A stretch of DNA of 63,838 nt, filler included. It is 7 parts of 7 records of this genome, joined end to end, with 100 filler letters (N's around TTAATTAATTAA, not from the genome) between each part and the next. Parts side by side here need not be neighbours in the genome. Positions count along the whole stretch, not along the records: positions 8,602 to 24,106 come from SRR20825006_2590; 6 more parts are not named here. One strand, 5' to 3'. Of this stretch, positions 8,602 to 19,740 are shown piece after piece. The notes under the pieces are model-generated. The model did not search any database. It was not told the origin of the DNA and saw only the letters and a program-made list of their open reading frames with translations. The position numbers and the translations under genes were made by a program. Positions within the stretch are counted from its first letter, which is position 1. Each line of letters starts with the position of its first letter.

Positions 8602-11600
8602 GCGCGTTTGCACATCGCCTTGATCCGCACGACCAGCATCAGCGTGTTCACTTCGCGCGGCAGCGTGCCGAACCGGTCGATCAACTCGGCGGCAAAGCCT
8701 TCCAGCTCGACCTTGGTGCTCAGACCGCTGAGACGACGATAGAGGCCCAGACGCACATCCAGATCTGGTACATAATCCTCTGGAATAAGTACAGGAACGC
8801 CCAGGTTGATCTGCGGTGCCCATTGCTCGTCGGCCTCGCTCAGACCTTCCAGTTCGCCCGCCTTGATCTTGGCAATCGCCTCTTCCAGCATCGACTGGTA
8901 CAGCTCAAACCCCACATCGCGCATCTGGCCCGACTGTTCCTCGCCCAGCAGATTGCCCGCGCCGCGAATGTCCAGATCCTGACTGGCCAGCGTGAACCCC
9001 GCGCCCAGCGTGTCCAGCGACCCAAGCACCCGCAGACGTTTCTCGGCCACCGCCGTCAGCTTGGCGCGCGGTTTGGTCGTGAGGTACGCATAGGCGCGGG
9101 TTTTCGACCGCCCCACCCGTCCGCGAATTTGATACAGCTGCGCCAGCCCGAACATATCGGCGCGGTGCACCACCATCGTATTGGCGGTGGGAATATCCAG
9201 ACCGGATTCGACAATCGTCGTCGCCAGCAGCACGTCGAACTTGCCATCGTAAAAGGCGTTCATCCGGTCATCCAGCTCACCCGCCGCCATCTGGCCGTGG
9301 GCGACGACATAGGTCAGCTCGGGCAGTTGCGCCTTCAGGAACTCTTCGATCTCGGGCAGGTCCGACAGGCGCGGCACCACATAGAACGACTGCCCGCCAC
9401 GGTAATGTTCGCGCAGCAGCGCCTCGCGGATGGTCACCGTGTCAAACTCGCTGACATAGGTACGGATCGCCAGACGGTCGACGGGTGGCGTGCCGATAAT
9501 CGACAGATCACGCACCCCCGTCAGCGACAGTTGCAGCGTGCGCGGGATCGGCGTGGCGGTCAGCGTCAGCACATGCACGTCCGAGCGCATCTGCTTCAGC
9601 CGTTCCTTGTGGCCAACGCCAAAGTGTTGTTCTTCATCAATAATCAGCAGCCCCAGGTCCTTGAACCGCGTGTTCTTGGCCAACAACGCATGGGTGCCGA
9701 TCACAATATCCGCCGTGCCGCGCGACATCGCCTCGCGGGTGTCGGATGCCTCTTTGGTGCTGACAAACCGGCTGAGCGTGCGCACCTCGATGGGGAAACC
9801 ACGGAACCGTTCCGAAAAACTTTTGTAGTGTTGCCGCGCCAGCAGGGTCGTCGGCGCAATCACCGCCACCTGCACGCCCGCCATCGCCGCGACAAAGGCC
9901 GCGCGCATCGCCACTTCGGTCTTGCCAAAGCCCACGTCGCCCACCACCAGCCGGTCCATCGGCGCACCGCTGGTCAGATCCTGGATCACGTCGCCGATGG
10001 CCTTGAGCTGGTCGTCGGTCTCCTCGTAGGGGAACCGCGCGCTGAACGCGTCCCACATGCCGGGGGGTGGCTCCAACACCGGCGCGCGGCGCAGGGCGCG
10101 TTCGGCAGCGATGCGGATCAGCTTGTCGGCCATCTCGCGAATGCGCTCTTTCAGCTTGGCCTTTTTCGACTGCCACGCGCCGCCGCCCAGCCGGTCCAGC
10201 AGACCCTCGTCATGGCCGTATTTCGACAGCAGTTCGATGTTCTCGACCGGCAGATACAGCTTTGAATTTTCTGCATATTCCAGCAGAAGACATTCGTGTG
10301 CGGCCCCGGCGGCGGTGATCACCTCCATGCCGTGATAGCGGCCAATGCCGTGGTCCACATGCACGATCAGATCGCCGGGCGTCAGGCTGGTGGCCTCGGT
10401 CAGGAAATTGTCGGCACGGCGCTTGCGCTTGGGCTGGCGGATCAGCCGGTCGCCCAGCACGTCCTGTTCCGAAATCACCGTCAGATGCTTGTCGCCCACC
10501 GGCCCTTCGAACCCGTGCTCCAGCGCCCAAACCACCAGATGCAGTCCGCGTTTGCCGATGCGCGTGCCGTCGGTGATGGGAATGGTCTCGGCCAGCCCCT
10601 CATCCTCGATCAGCCCGCTCAGCCGTTCGCGCGCGCCTGCGGAATAGCTGGCGACCACCACGGGACCATCTGCAAGCTTTGCCTTAATATGGGCCGCCAA
10701 GGCCCCGAAAAGGCTGATAGTTTCCTGCTGCCGCTCGGGCGAGAAATTGCGCCCGATGCGCCCGCCTGCATCCACCACACCCAGCCCCGTGGATTGCGCC
10801 AGCGCCCGGAACTGCACCACGCGGCGGCCTTTGACTGCGGCCTCCCATGCGGCATCGTCCAGATACAGCCCCTGCGGCGGTGCCGGTTTATAGACCGTGT
10901 CCATCTTGGAGCGGTTCAGCATAGCCAGCCTGCGGGTCTCGTATTGGTCGGCAATCGTGTCCCAGCGCGCCAGCCGCGTCGGCGTCACCTGATCGTCCAG
11001 TGTGATCGCGGCATCCGGCAGGTAATCAAACAGCGTTTCCAGATGGTCGTGGAAGAACGACAGCCAGTGTTCGGCACCCTGATGCTTGCGCCCCGCGCTG
11101 ATCGCCTCGTACAGCGGATCGTCGGTGCCCGCCGCGCCAAACTCCAGCCGGTAGTTCTGACGAAACCGCGTCACCGCCGCCTCGTCCAATATTACCTCGG
11201 AGACCGGCGCCAGCTCGATCACGTCCAGCTTTTCCGTGGTCCGCTGGGTCGCGGGATCAAACCGGCGCGCCCCGTCCAGCACATCGCCGAACAGGTCCAA
11301 TCGCACCGGTCCCAGATCGCCGGGCGGGTAAATGTCGATGATCCCGCCGCGCACCGCATAATCGCCGGGTTCGGTCACTGTGGGCGATTGCACGAACCCC
11401 ATACGCACCAGAAATCCGCGCAACGCCGCATCGTCAATCCGGTCACCCACCCGCGCTGCAAAAGCAGCCTCGCGCAGCACGGACCGCGCAGGCAGCTTTT
11501 GCGTGGCGGCGTTCAGCGTGGTCAGCAGGACAAACTTGTCCGGCATCCCATGCGCAAGTGCCGCCAGCGTCGCCATGCGCTGCGCCGAGATGTCGGCGTT

Positions 11601-11819
11601 CGGCGACACACGATCATAGGGCAGACAGTCCCAGGCAGGAAACACCACGACCGGCACATCCGGCGCAAAGAACCGCAGCGCATCGCGCATCGCAACCAGC
11701 CGCTTGTCATCGCGTGCCACGTGGCACACGGGCACACCCCGGTCCAGTTCGGCCAGTATACGGGTGGCGTCAAACCCTTCGGGCGCGCCGGATACGGTGA
11801 TATGTGCAGGATCAGTCAT
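8602..11819 (-). CDS. mfd: Transcription-repair coupling factor (3'-truncated)
   Basis: UvrB-like N-terminus, CarD/RID VHVDHGIG, GDVGFGKT, DEEQHFG, TATPIPRT, TRCF domain. Confidence 0.98.
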
Positions 11820-11853
11820 AAGCGGGTTTCATGTGGGGCAGAGCGGTCCGCTG

Positions 11854-12381
11854 TCAACTGCCCAACGCCCCGATGGCCAGATTCTGATACATGCCCCACA
11901 TCGCGGTGACAAAGATCGACAACATGCCGATCGCCTGCGTGTAGGTGCGGTGGCGCGTCAGGCGTCGGCGCAGACCTTCACCGCTCAGCTGGTCGCGCTC
12001 GATCAACCGCGCGGTGGAGAGGTTCAGCGCACCGACCAAGGACATGGGAAAGGCCAGCAGGAACACAGCCTGGGCAAATTCGATATCATAGACCCAGCCC
12101 AGCAGGCCCAGCATGGTCAGCACGAAGCAGACCATGCCCAGCAACCACAGGCCCGACAACCGCGCGATATATAAGAAACGGTTCACGTTGATACGCACGA
12201 GATCTTCGAGATCTTCCTCGATCTGCCCGCCCGTCTTGCGGGCGCGCGCCACCATGTCGAAGGGCACCCCCAGCACCCAATGGCTGGCCGTGGACCACAT
12301 GACCGCAAGGACAATCCAGAACCAGAGGTTGGAGAATGACCGCATGTCGATCAGTTCGAAAATCGTTTGATGCCAGTTCAA
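11854..12381 (-). CDS. Conserved Rhodobacteraceae membrane protein (often labelled 'component of SufBCD complex'; function unproven)
   Basis: IDMRSFSNLWFWI...VLGVPFDM; about 4 TM segments; lies between hemB and mfd. Confidence 0.75.
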   Translation of the reverse strand: MNWHQTIFELIDMRSFSNLWFWIVLAVMWSTASHWVLGVPFDMVARARKTGGQIEEDLEDLVRINVNRFLYIARLSGLWLLGMVCFVLTMLGLLGWVYDIEFAQAVFLLAFPMSLVGALNLSTARLIERDQLSGEGLRRRLTRHRTYTQAIGMLSIFVTAMWGMYQNLAIGALGS

Positions 12382-12497
12382 CGCCGCTGCCTTTTGCGTG
12401 GGGTTTGTCCCTCATACCGCTGCACTGCGCCAATTCCTACCCTTGCACGGTGCAATTTTACATGGCACCCAAGAATGACTTTGAAAAAGGCTACACC

Positions 12498-13499
12498 ATG
12501 CGCCCAACGCTTGCTCCCTACCCCGCCACCCGCCTGCGCCGCACCCGCGCCACGCCGCAAATCCGCGCTCTGGTGCGCCAGAACACGCTGTCGGTGGATG
12601 ATTTCATCTGGCCGGTCTTTGTGCGCTCGGGCGAAGGGGTCATGGAACCTGTGCCTTCCATGCCCGGTGTCTACCGCCGTTCGGTCGACAAGGTGGTCGA
12701 GGCCGCGCGCGAGGCTGCCGATCTGGGGATCAAGGCGATCTGCCTGTTTCCCTACACCGGCATCGAGGACCGCACCGAGGATTGTGCCGGCGCATGGGAC
12801 CCCGACAACAACATCAACCGCGCCATCCGCGCGATCAAGGATGCCGTGCCGGACATCGCGATCATGACCGACGTGGCGCTGGACACCTATAACATCAACG
12901 GCCACGACGGTTTTGTCGAGAATGGCGAGATCGTCAACGACCGCTCGGTTGCCGCTCTGGTCAAGATGGCGATGGCACAGGCGGACGCTGGCGCGGACAT
13001 CATCGGGCCATCCGACATGATGGACGGACGGATCGGCGCGATGCGCACCGCATTCGAGGCCGCAGGCCATCAGCACGTGATGATCCTCAGCTATGCCGCC
13101 AAATACGCCAGCGCCTTTTACGGCCCCTTCCGCGATGCCGTCGGCGCATCGGCAGCGCTGACGGGGGACAAGAACACCTATCAAATGGACCCCGGCAACG
13201 CGGATGAGGCGATGCGCCTGATCGAGCGTGATCTCGCCGAGGGGGCGGACATGATCATGGTCAAGCCCGGCATGCCCTATCTGGACATCTGCCGCCGCGC
13301 CCGCGACACCTTTGGCGCGCCGACATTCGCCTATCAGGTGTCGGGCGAATTCTCGATGATCCAGGCCGCCGCGCAAAACGGCTGGATCGACGGCGAAAAG
13401 GTGATGATGGAAAGCCTGACCGCGTTCAAACGTGCAGGCTGTGACGGGATTCTGACCTATTTTGCCCCCGCCGCCGCGCGGTTGCTGGCCAAGAGTTAA
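12498..13499 (+). CDS. hemB: Porphobilinogen synthase
   Basis: TRLRR, DVALD, GHDG, PSDMMDGR, FYGPFRDA, MVKPG, YQVSGE. Confidence 0.97.
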   Translation: MRPTLAPYPATRLRRTRATPQIRALVRQNTLSVDDFIWPVFVRSGEGVMEPVPSMPGVYRRSVDKVVEAAREAADLGIKAICLFPYTGIEDRTEDCAGAWDPDNNINRAIRAIKDAVPDIAIMTDVALDTYNINGHDGFVENGEIVNDRSVAALVKMAMAQADAGADIIGPSDMMDGRIGAMRTAFEAAGHQHVMILSYAAKYASAFYGPFRDAVGASAALTGDKNTYQMDPGNADEAMRLIERDLAEGADMIMVKPGMPYLDICRRARDTFGAPTFAYQVSGEFSMIQAAAQNGWIDGEKVMMESLTAFKRAGCDGILTYFAPAAARLLAKS

Positions 13500-13503
13500 A
13501 TCC

Positions 13504-13551
13504 CTTCATCTTGCCAGGTAAACTCCGGGGGCGCAGGGGGCAGCGCCCCCG
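13504..13551 (+). repeat. Rhodobacteraceae intergenic REP/MITE-like repeat, copy 1
   Basis: CTTCATCTTGCC...CCGGGGG...GGGGGCAGCGCCCCCG; related inverted copy at 19688-19735. Confidence 0.65.
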
Positions 13552-13701
13552 CATCCGCGCTGACGGCAAGCGTATATGTCAAAAGACAGGCATACCCCCG
13601 CCCATAGGCGCCTTCGTGGGTGACAGGTGGCAATCTTGCGCCTATAGTTTCGGCCAAGACCGGACAACCGGCAGCAGAGCAACAATCACAGGCGGTTCAC
13701 A

Positions 13702-14268
13702 ATGACCCACTCCTCCCTTTCACGTCGGGCCTTTGCCCTGGGTGCACTTTCCTCCACGGCAGCCCTTGCGGCTTGCGGCAATGGTGTCGGCGGACGTGGC
13801 TCTGCCATGATCGACGCGCGCGTCGATGCAACGCTGGCCGAAATGTACCGACTGTATCCCAACACCCAATCGCTCGCGCAAAAGGCGAACGGCATGCTGG
13901 TCATGCCGCTTGTAACCGAAGCTGGCCTTGGACTGGGCGGCGCTTATGGGCGCGGCGCACTGCGGGTCAACGACGTGACGGTGGATTATTATTCCGTGAC
14001 CAAGGCCTCGGGCGGCCTGCAAATCGGTGCACAGCAATATGCGCATGTTCTGTTCTTCATGACCGAGCAGGCGCTGACCGATTTCCGCCGCTCGCCCGGC
14101 TGGGCTGCAGGTGCGGATCTGGAGTACGTCATTTCGGATCAGGGCGACAGCCTGAACGCCGAAACCACAACCGTGCTGGCCCCTGTTCTGGCCGCCGTGT
14201 TTGGCCGCGCCGGCCTGCGCCTTGGCGCGACGCTGGAAGGCACCAAGTATTCGCGCATCATTCCCTGA
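13702..14268 (+). CDS. YSC84/SYLF-like lipid-binding Tat lipoprotein
   Basis: SRRAF twin-Arg signal plus LAAC lipobox; GLGLGGAYGRG and GLQIGAQ motifs. Confidence 0.85.
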   Translation: MTHSSLSRRAFALGALSSTAALAACGNGVGGRGSAMIDARVDATLAEMYRLYPNTQSLAQKANGMLVMPLVTEAGLGLGGAYGRGALRVNDVTVDYYSVTKASGGLQIGAQQYAHVLFFMTEQALTDFRRSPGWAAGADLEYVISDQGDSLNAETTTVLAPVLAAVFGRAGLRLGATLEGTKYSRIIP

Positions 14269-14304
14269 CGCGCACATCCTGCCAAATCTATGAACCGCGT
14301 AGCG

Positions 14305-14329
14305 AACACCCGCCTGAGGCGGGTGTTTT
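14305..14329. terminator. Intrinsic terminator between convergent genes
   Basis: AACACCCGCC-TGA-GGCGGGTGTT followed by TT. Confidence 0.75.
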
Positions 14330-14339
14330 GCCGTGTGGT

Positions 14340-15551
14340 TCAGGCGGCCCGGCCCGGCATCAACCGGTTGGTCCGGTCCTCGATCGCACCGACGCTGGTT
14401 TCGATGGCGTCGATCACCTCGCTCAGCTGACGTTCCGCGCGGTGCAACCGCCCCACAATCTCGTTCAGCCCGTCCACGTTCTTGGCGTATTTCGACTGCT
14501 CGATCTTGCACATGACGCGGCTCATCTCCAGACCCGACATCACCCGACGCATGTCCGTCGACATACCTCGATAGACTGCAGCCGCGCCCATCACCTTTGA
14601 TACGGAGGCATTTTCGCGGATCTGGCATTCGGTGCTGAGTGCTGCCAGCCGTCTGGCTTCGGCATCGCTGTCCAGTCCGGCCACTGGCGGATTGTTGCGA
14701 AACTGCACGGTCATTTCCTGCGTCAGGACCCTGACAGCGGCGTTGAACCGCGCCATCACCGTGTGGGACACACCGTCTTCCACCGCCGTTCGGAACCGCC
14801 GCAGGATATCCCCCAGCGATTGCGCCATGAGCTGATGATTGTTCGAAATCACGCTGATCGGACCGTTTGCCCCTTCCAGGCTGCGGGCCTGTATGCTCAG
14901 GTTGTTGGGGATCAACGCCGTGCTGTGGAAAATCGTATCGACCATATCGCCGTAACGGTGCATCTTCTCCACCGCCTCGGCCAGTTCGCACATGGACTGA
15001 AGACCGTGATCCACCCGCCGCTGCAACCCGGTGCCCCGCGTGGCAATCTCTGCGGCCAGTGCCGTGCTCATGAACGATTCATAATCAGGATGTCCCATGT
15101 CCCGCAGCTTTTGCAGCAACAGGTCCCCTGATTGCTCGGGCGTGGTGCGGCCTGCCTGTTCTTCGGCCAGCAGGGCGGCATAAAGGTCATTGATCTGCGC
15201 GAAAATATCACTGCCAGGTTTCAGCCGCATCGACAGGTAACCATCGTCCAGCGGCAGAACCACGGCGAAGACCCAGTAGTGTGTATGATCGGTCGCAAGA
15301 TTCTTGACATAGCCGCCAAAGGGCCGTCCCGCCGCAATCTCCTGCCACATCAGGTGAAACACACCCGCAGGCATATCGGGATGGCGCACGATCTTGTGTG
15401 GCGCCCCGTCCAGCGCGGACCATTCATAGCCCGAGACATGGACAAAAACGCTGTTCGCGGCCTGAATCACCCCGCGCGGATCAGTCCGCGAGAAAAACAG
15501 GTCTTCTGATTTGAAACGGTCGGTCTCGCGGGTGGGATGGTCGTTGGACAA
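14340..15551 (-). CDS. Aer-type PAS domain protein with degenerate soluble MCP-like C-terminus
   Basis: FFSRTDPRGVI...N..F...SGY...HKIVRHPDMP...YVKN...YWV; no TM segment visible. Confidence 0.8.
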   Translation of the reverse strand: MSNDHPTRETDRFKSEDLFFSRTDPRGVIQAANSVFVHVSGYEWSALDGAPHKIVRHPDMPAGVFHLMWQEIAAGRPFGGYVKNLATDHTHYWVFAVVLPLDDGYLSMRLKPGSDIFAQINDLYAALLAEEQAGRTTPEQSGDLLLQKLRDMGHPDYESFMSTALAAEIATRGTGLQRRVDHGLQSMCELAEAVEKMHRYGDMVDTIFHSTALIPNNLSIQARSLEGANGPISVISNNHQLMAQSLGDILRRFRTAVEDGVSHTVMARFNAAVRVLTQEMTVQFRNNPPVAGLDSDAEARRLAALSTECQIRENASVSKVMGAAAVYRGMSTDMRRVMSGLEMSRVMCKIEQSKYAKNVDGLNEIVGRLHRAERQLSEVIDAIETSVGAIEDRTNRLMPGRAA

Positions 15552-15663
15552 GGGGCAACCTCAAAATAGGATGTGTGCCCCAAGCCTAGCTCCGCAAAGT
15601 TTCAGGTTGGTTAAACAAGGCGGTCAAATCGGCCCTGGCGGCAACCGCCAGAGCCGCGACTGC

Positions 15664-16536
15664 TCAGCCCATCGCGCGCAGGCGTTTGATCAGGCTGGAT
15701 GTGTCCCAACGCCCGCCGCCCAGCTTTTGCACGTCCTTGTAGAACTGATCGACCAGCGCCGTCACCGGCAGCGACGCGCCGTTTTCATCGGCAGTGTCCA
15801 GACAGATGCCCAGATCCTTGCGCATCCAGTCCACCGCAAAGCCGTGGTCGAACTTGTCGTCCAGCATGGTTTCATAGCGGTTGGACATCTGCCACGACCC
15901 GGCGGCCCCCTGGCTGATCACCTCGACCACCGCGCGCCCGTCAAGACCCGCTTTTTCGGCAAAATGCAGCGCTTCGGACAGGCCCTGGACCAGACCGGCA
16001 ATGGCAATCTGGTTGCACATCTTGGTCTTCTGACCTGCGCCGCTTTCACCCAGGCGGCGGCACGTCTTGGAGTAAATCTCCATGATCGGCAGCGCGAGGT
16101 CAAAGGCACCCTGATCGCAGCCACACATGATCGACAGGACACCGTTTTCAGCCCCTGCCTGTCCGCCCGACACCGGTGCATCGACAAAGCTGATCTGCGC
16201 GGCATCGGCAGCGGCATAAAGCTCGGCCGTCACTTGCGCCGAAACGGTGGTATGATCGACAAAGATCGCGCCGCTGGTCATACCCGCAAATGCGCCCTCG
16301 TCGCCCAGGCAGACAGACCGCAGGTCGTCGTCATTGCCCACACAGGACATCACGAATTCGGCACCCTTGGCCGCCTCGAAGGGCGTCTTGGCCATTTTGC
16401 CGCCGTGATCCTCGACCCAGTCCTGCGCCTTGGAGGTGGTGCGGTTATAGACAGTTACGTCGTGACCCGCCTTTTGCAGGTGCCCCGCCATCGGCGCGCC
16501 CATGACGCCCAACCCCAGAAATGCCAGCTTTGCCAT
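15664..16536 (-). CDS. NAD(P)-dependent oxidoreductase, beta-hydroxyacid dehydrogenase family
   Basis: FLGLGVMGAPMA, FVDAPVSGG, KMCNQ. Confidence 0.92.
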   Translation of the reverse strand: MAKLAFLGLGVMGAPMAGHLQKAGHDVTVYNRTTSKAQDWVEDHGGKMAKTPFEAAKGAEFVMSCVGNDDDLRSVCLGDEGAFAGMTSGAIFVDHTTVSAQVTAELYAAADAAQISFVDAPVSGGQAGAENGVLSIMCGCDQGAFDLALPIMEIYSKTCRRLGESGAGQKTKMCNQIAIAGLVQGLSEALHFAEKAGLDGRAVVEVISQGAAGSWQMSNRYETMLDDKFDHGFAVDWMRKDLGICLDTADENGASLPVTALVDQFYKDVQKLGGGRWDTSSLIKRLRAMG

Positions 16537-16633
16537 TCGTTCTTCCTTTTACGTCGGTATTGCCTATCGCTTGCGCCTTTCCTAACAGTCAGGCACATCG
16601 GGTCAACTGTGCAAGCAAAGTGAGAGTGCGTCT

Positions 16634-19105
16634 ATGGCTGTCGTATTTCAGTGGCTGGTCCGTCTGACCGCCGGGCTGATCGTGCTGGCCGTGCTGGGCG
16701 TAGGGATGATCTACTATCTCGCCTCGCGGTCGCTGCCCAACTATGACGCGACGCTGGGGGTCCAGGGCATCAGCGCCCCGGCGGAAATCGTGCGCGACAA
16801 TGCCAATGTGCCCCATATCCTTGCCCAGACAGATGCCGACGCGTTCTTTGCACTGGGGTTTGTCCATGCCCAGGACCGCCTGTGGCAGATGATGCTGCTG
16901 CGCCGCACGGCACAGGGACGGCTGTCCGAAGTGTTTGGCGTCAAGACTGTCGAAACCGACAGCTTTATCCGCCGGCTGGATATTTACCGTCTGGCCGTGC
17001 AATCGGTCGCCGCGCAATCGCCCCGGACGCTGACCGCGCTCGAAGCCTATTCCGCAGGCGTCAATGCACGCATCGCCCAGATCAACCAAGAGGCGCTGGG
17101 GCGTGGTGCACCGGAATTCTTCATATTTCCCATGGCACTGGCCCCATGGCAACCGGCCGACAGCATCGCGGTCGGCAAGCTGATGGCCCTGCAACTGTCG
17201 GGCCAGCTGGACGCTGAAGTCATGCGCGCCCGCATGTCGCTGGCGCTGCCCGATCCTGACCGTCTGGTGGATATCCTGCCCGATGCTCCCGGCACCGGTG
17301 TGGCCGCGCTGCCCGAATATGCCGCGCTTGTGCCGGACGTTCCGCGCTATGCCGCCGTGGCACCGCAGACCATCAACCCGCTGTCCCCCTTCGGGCCCGA
17401 AGCCTTTGCCGGCGCGTCCAACGCATGGGCTGCAGCACCCTCGCGTTCGGCCTCGGGCGGCACCCTGCTGGCCAATGATCCGCACCTGGGTTTCAGCGCC
17501 CCCGGCATCTGGTATCTGGCACATCTCGATCTGGCTGCGGGCGGTGTGATCGGGGCGACGATACCGGGGATACCCGCAGTGCTGACAGGTCGGTCTGACA
17601 GCCTGGGCTGGGGGCTGACGTCCGCCTATGTCGACGATCAGGACCTGTTCATCGAAGAGCTGAACCCCGACAATCCCACCCAGTACCGCACCCCCGACGG
17701 CTGGAAAGAGTTCGAGACCCGCAAGTCCATCATCACCATCAAGGACGCGGACCCGATCACGCTGACCCTGCGCTGGACCGACAACGGACCTGTCCTGCCG
17801 GGCCGCTTCAAGAACATCGGGGCGGTGACGCCCCCGGGGCATGTGGCGGCCCTGAGCTGGACCGCGCTGTCGCCCAATGACACCTCGCTGAGCGGGGCTG
17901 TCGGGCTGATGTCGGCGCAGGATGTGGCCGAGGCGATCAATGCATCCGAAATGTTCGTGGCCCCCGCACAGAACCTGACACTGGCCGATCAGGACACCAT
18001 CGCCATGAAAACCGTCGGCGCCGTGCCGCGCCGCGATCCCAATCACCAGTCAAAGGGGCGGATGCCGTCGTTTGGCTACCTGCCCGAGAACCGCTGGCAG
18101 GGAGTGATGTCCTTTGCCTCGAACCCCGGTTTTGTCGCGCCGCTGGGCGGCATCCTGGGCAACACCAACAACAAGACGGTCGAGCGGCCCTTTCCCAACC
18201 ACATCAGCTATCGCTGGGGCGACACGCAGCGGGTGCAACGCTGGCAGCGGTTGATGCAGGCGCGGCAGGTCCATACCCGCGACAGCTTTATCGAGGCGCA
18301 ACTGGACACGGTCAGCGCCACGGCGCGCACCCTGTTGCCCCTGATCGGGGCCGAACTGTGGTTCACCGGAGAGGCCGCCCCCGACGGCACCGCAGAACGC
18401 CAGCGCCAGCGCGCGCTGACCCTGCTGGCCGACTGGAACGGCGAGATGAACGAACACCTGCCCGAGCCGCTGATCTACGCAGCGTGGCTGCGCGCGCTGC
18501 AAGACCGCATGGTGCGTGACGACATCGGCCCGCTGGCAAACGAGCTGACCCATGTAGAGCCGCTGTTCATCGAACGCGCCTTCCGTGACGTGGGCGGGGC
18601 CTCTGTCTGGTGCGACGTGCGCCAAAGCGCGCCGGTCGAGACCTGCCCCGACATGGCCCGCATGGCGCTGGACGATGCGCTGATCTGGATCGGCGAGACC
18701 TATGGCACGCAGCTGGAATCCCTGCGCTGGGGAGATGCCCATCAGGCGATTCAAGACCATCCGGTGCTGGGCGATGTGCCGGTGCTGCGTTATTTCGTGA
18801 ACATCCGTCAAAGCACCTCGGGCGGCGACAACACCCTGCAACGTGGGCTGACGCGGGGTGGCGCCGGGGCGGATGCCTTTGAGAACGTGCATGGGGCGGG
18901 GTATCGCGGGGTCTACGACTTTGCCGATCCCGACAGTTCGGTCTTTATCGAATCCACCGGGCAATCCGGCCATTTCCTGTCGCGGCACTATGACGACATG
19001 GCACAGCTGTGGCGGCGCGGCGAATATATCCCGATGTCGCTGGATCAGGGGCTGGCCCGTGCGGCATCCGTGGGCATCACCAAACTGGAACCGGCCACGC
19101 AATGA
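16634..19105 (+). CDS. Penicillin acylase family Ntn hydrolase
   Basis: N-terminal anchor; [17 protein letters not shown] (Ser nucleophile); [14 protein letters not shown]. Confidence 0.93.
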   Translation: MAVVFQWLVRLTAGLIVLAVLGVGMIYYLASRSLPNYDATLGVQGISAPAEIVRDNANVPHILAQTDADAFFALGFVHAQDRLWQMMLLRRTAQGRLSEVFGVKTVETDSFIRRLDIYRLAVQSVAAQSPRTLTALEAYSAGVNARIAQINQEALGRGAPEFFIFPMALAPWQPADSIAVGKLMALQLSGQLDAEVMRARMSLALPDPDRLVDILPDAPGTGVAALPEYAALVPDVPRYAAVAPQTINPLSPFGPEAFAGASNAWAAAPSRSASGGTLLANDPHLGFSAPGIWYLAHLDLAAGGVIGATIPGIPAVLTGRSDSLGWGLTSAYVDDQDLFIEELNPDNPTQYRTPDGWKEFETRKSIITIKDADPITLTLRWTDNGPVLPGRFKNIGAVTPPGHVAALSWTALSPNDTSLSGAVGLMSAQDVAEAINASEMFVAPAQNLTLADQDTIAMKTVGAVPRRDPNHQSKGRMPSFGYLPENRWQGVMSFASNPGFVAPLGGILGNTNNKTVERPFPNHISYRWGDTQRVQRWQRLMQARQVHTRDSFIEAQLDTVSATARTLLPLIGAELWFTGEAAPDGTAERQRQRALTLLADWNGEMNEHLPEPLIYAAWLRALQDRMVRDDIGPLANELTHVEPLFIERAFRDVGGASVWCDVRQSAPVETCPDMARMALDDALIWIGETYGTQLESLRWGDAHQAIQDHPVLGDVPVLRYFVNIRQSTSGGDNTLQRGLTRGGAGADAFENVHGAGYRGVYDFADPDSSVFIESTGQSGHFLSRHYDDMAQLWRRGEYIPMSLDQGLARAASVGITKLEPATQ

Positions 19106-19650
19106 CGACAATCCTGTTCAACAAACCCTTTGGCGTGCTGCCGCAGTTCACCGACCGGGGCAGCCCGACGACACGCCCCACCCTGTCGGATTACATCGAC
19201 GTGCCCGGCGTCTATCCCGCCGGACGTCTGGACCGGGACAGCGAGGGGCTGATGGTGCTGACCTCGGACGGAGCCCTGCAAGCCCGCATCGCCCATCCCA
19301 AGTTCAAGAAGCCCAAGACATATTGGGTTCAGGTCGAAGGCACCCCCACCGAGGCGCATATGGCGCAGTTGCGGGATGGTGTGACGTTGAAGGACGGACC
19401 AACATTGCCTGCAAAGGCGCGGCTGATCGACGAACCTGTAGGCCTGTGGCCCCGCACCCCCCCGATCCGGGTGCGCAAGACCGTGCCCGATGGCTGGATC
19501 GAGCTGACCCTGACCGAAGGGCGCAACCGCCAGGTGCGCCGGATGACCGCCCATGTGGGGCTGCCGACCCTGCGGCTGGTGCGTGTCAGCATTGGCGACT
19601 GGACGCTGGACGGGCTGGACAGCGGCATGTGGCGGTCGGTTGAGTTTTAG
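19102..19650 (+). CDS. rluE: rRNA large-subunit pseudouridine synthase E-like
   Basis: [35 protein letters not shown] overlap with upstream stop. Confidence 0.88.
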   Translation: MTTILFNKPFGVLPQFTDRGSPTTRPTLSDYIDVPGVYPAGRLDRDSEGLMVLTSDGALQARIAHPKFKKPKTYWVQVEGTPTEAHMAQLRDGVTLKDGPTLPAKARLIDEPVGLWPRTPPIRVRKTVPDGWIELTLTEGRNRQVRRMTAHVGLPTLRLVRVSIGDWTLDGLDSGMWRSVEF

Positions 19651-19659
19651 AAAGATATG

Positions 19660-19735
19660 CGGGGGCGCTGCCCGTTTGGATAATGGACGGGGGCGCTGCC
19701 CCCGGGCCCCCGGGATATTTAGGGCCAAAAGAAAG
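19660..19735 (-). repeat. Rhodobacteraceae intergenic repeat, copy 2 plus partial tandem copy
   Basis: Reverse complement of 19688-19735 is CTTTCTTTTGGCC..AAATATCCCGGGGG..GGGGGCAGCGCCCCCG; extra CGGGGGCGCTGCCC at 19660. Confidence 0.65.
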
Positions 19736-19740
19736 CGGGA

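Noticed and set aside
11854-12381. Fe-S assembly (Suf) function for this membrane protein
   Set aside because: No similarity to SufB/C/D motifs is visible and no suf genes are nearby; the common label looks like a propagated annotation.
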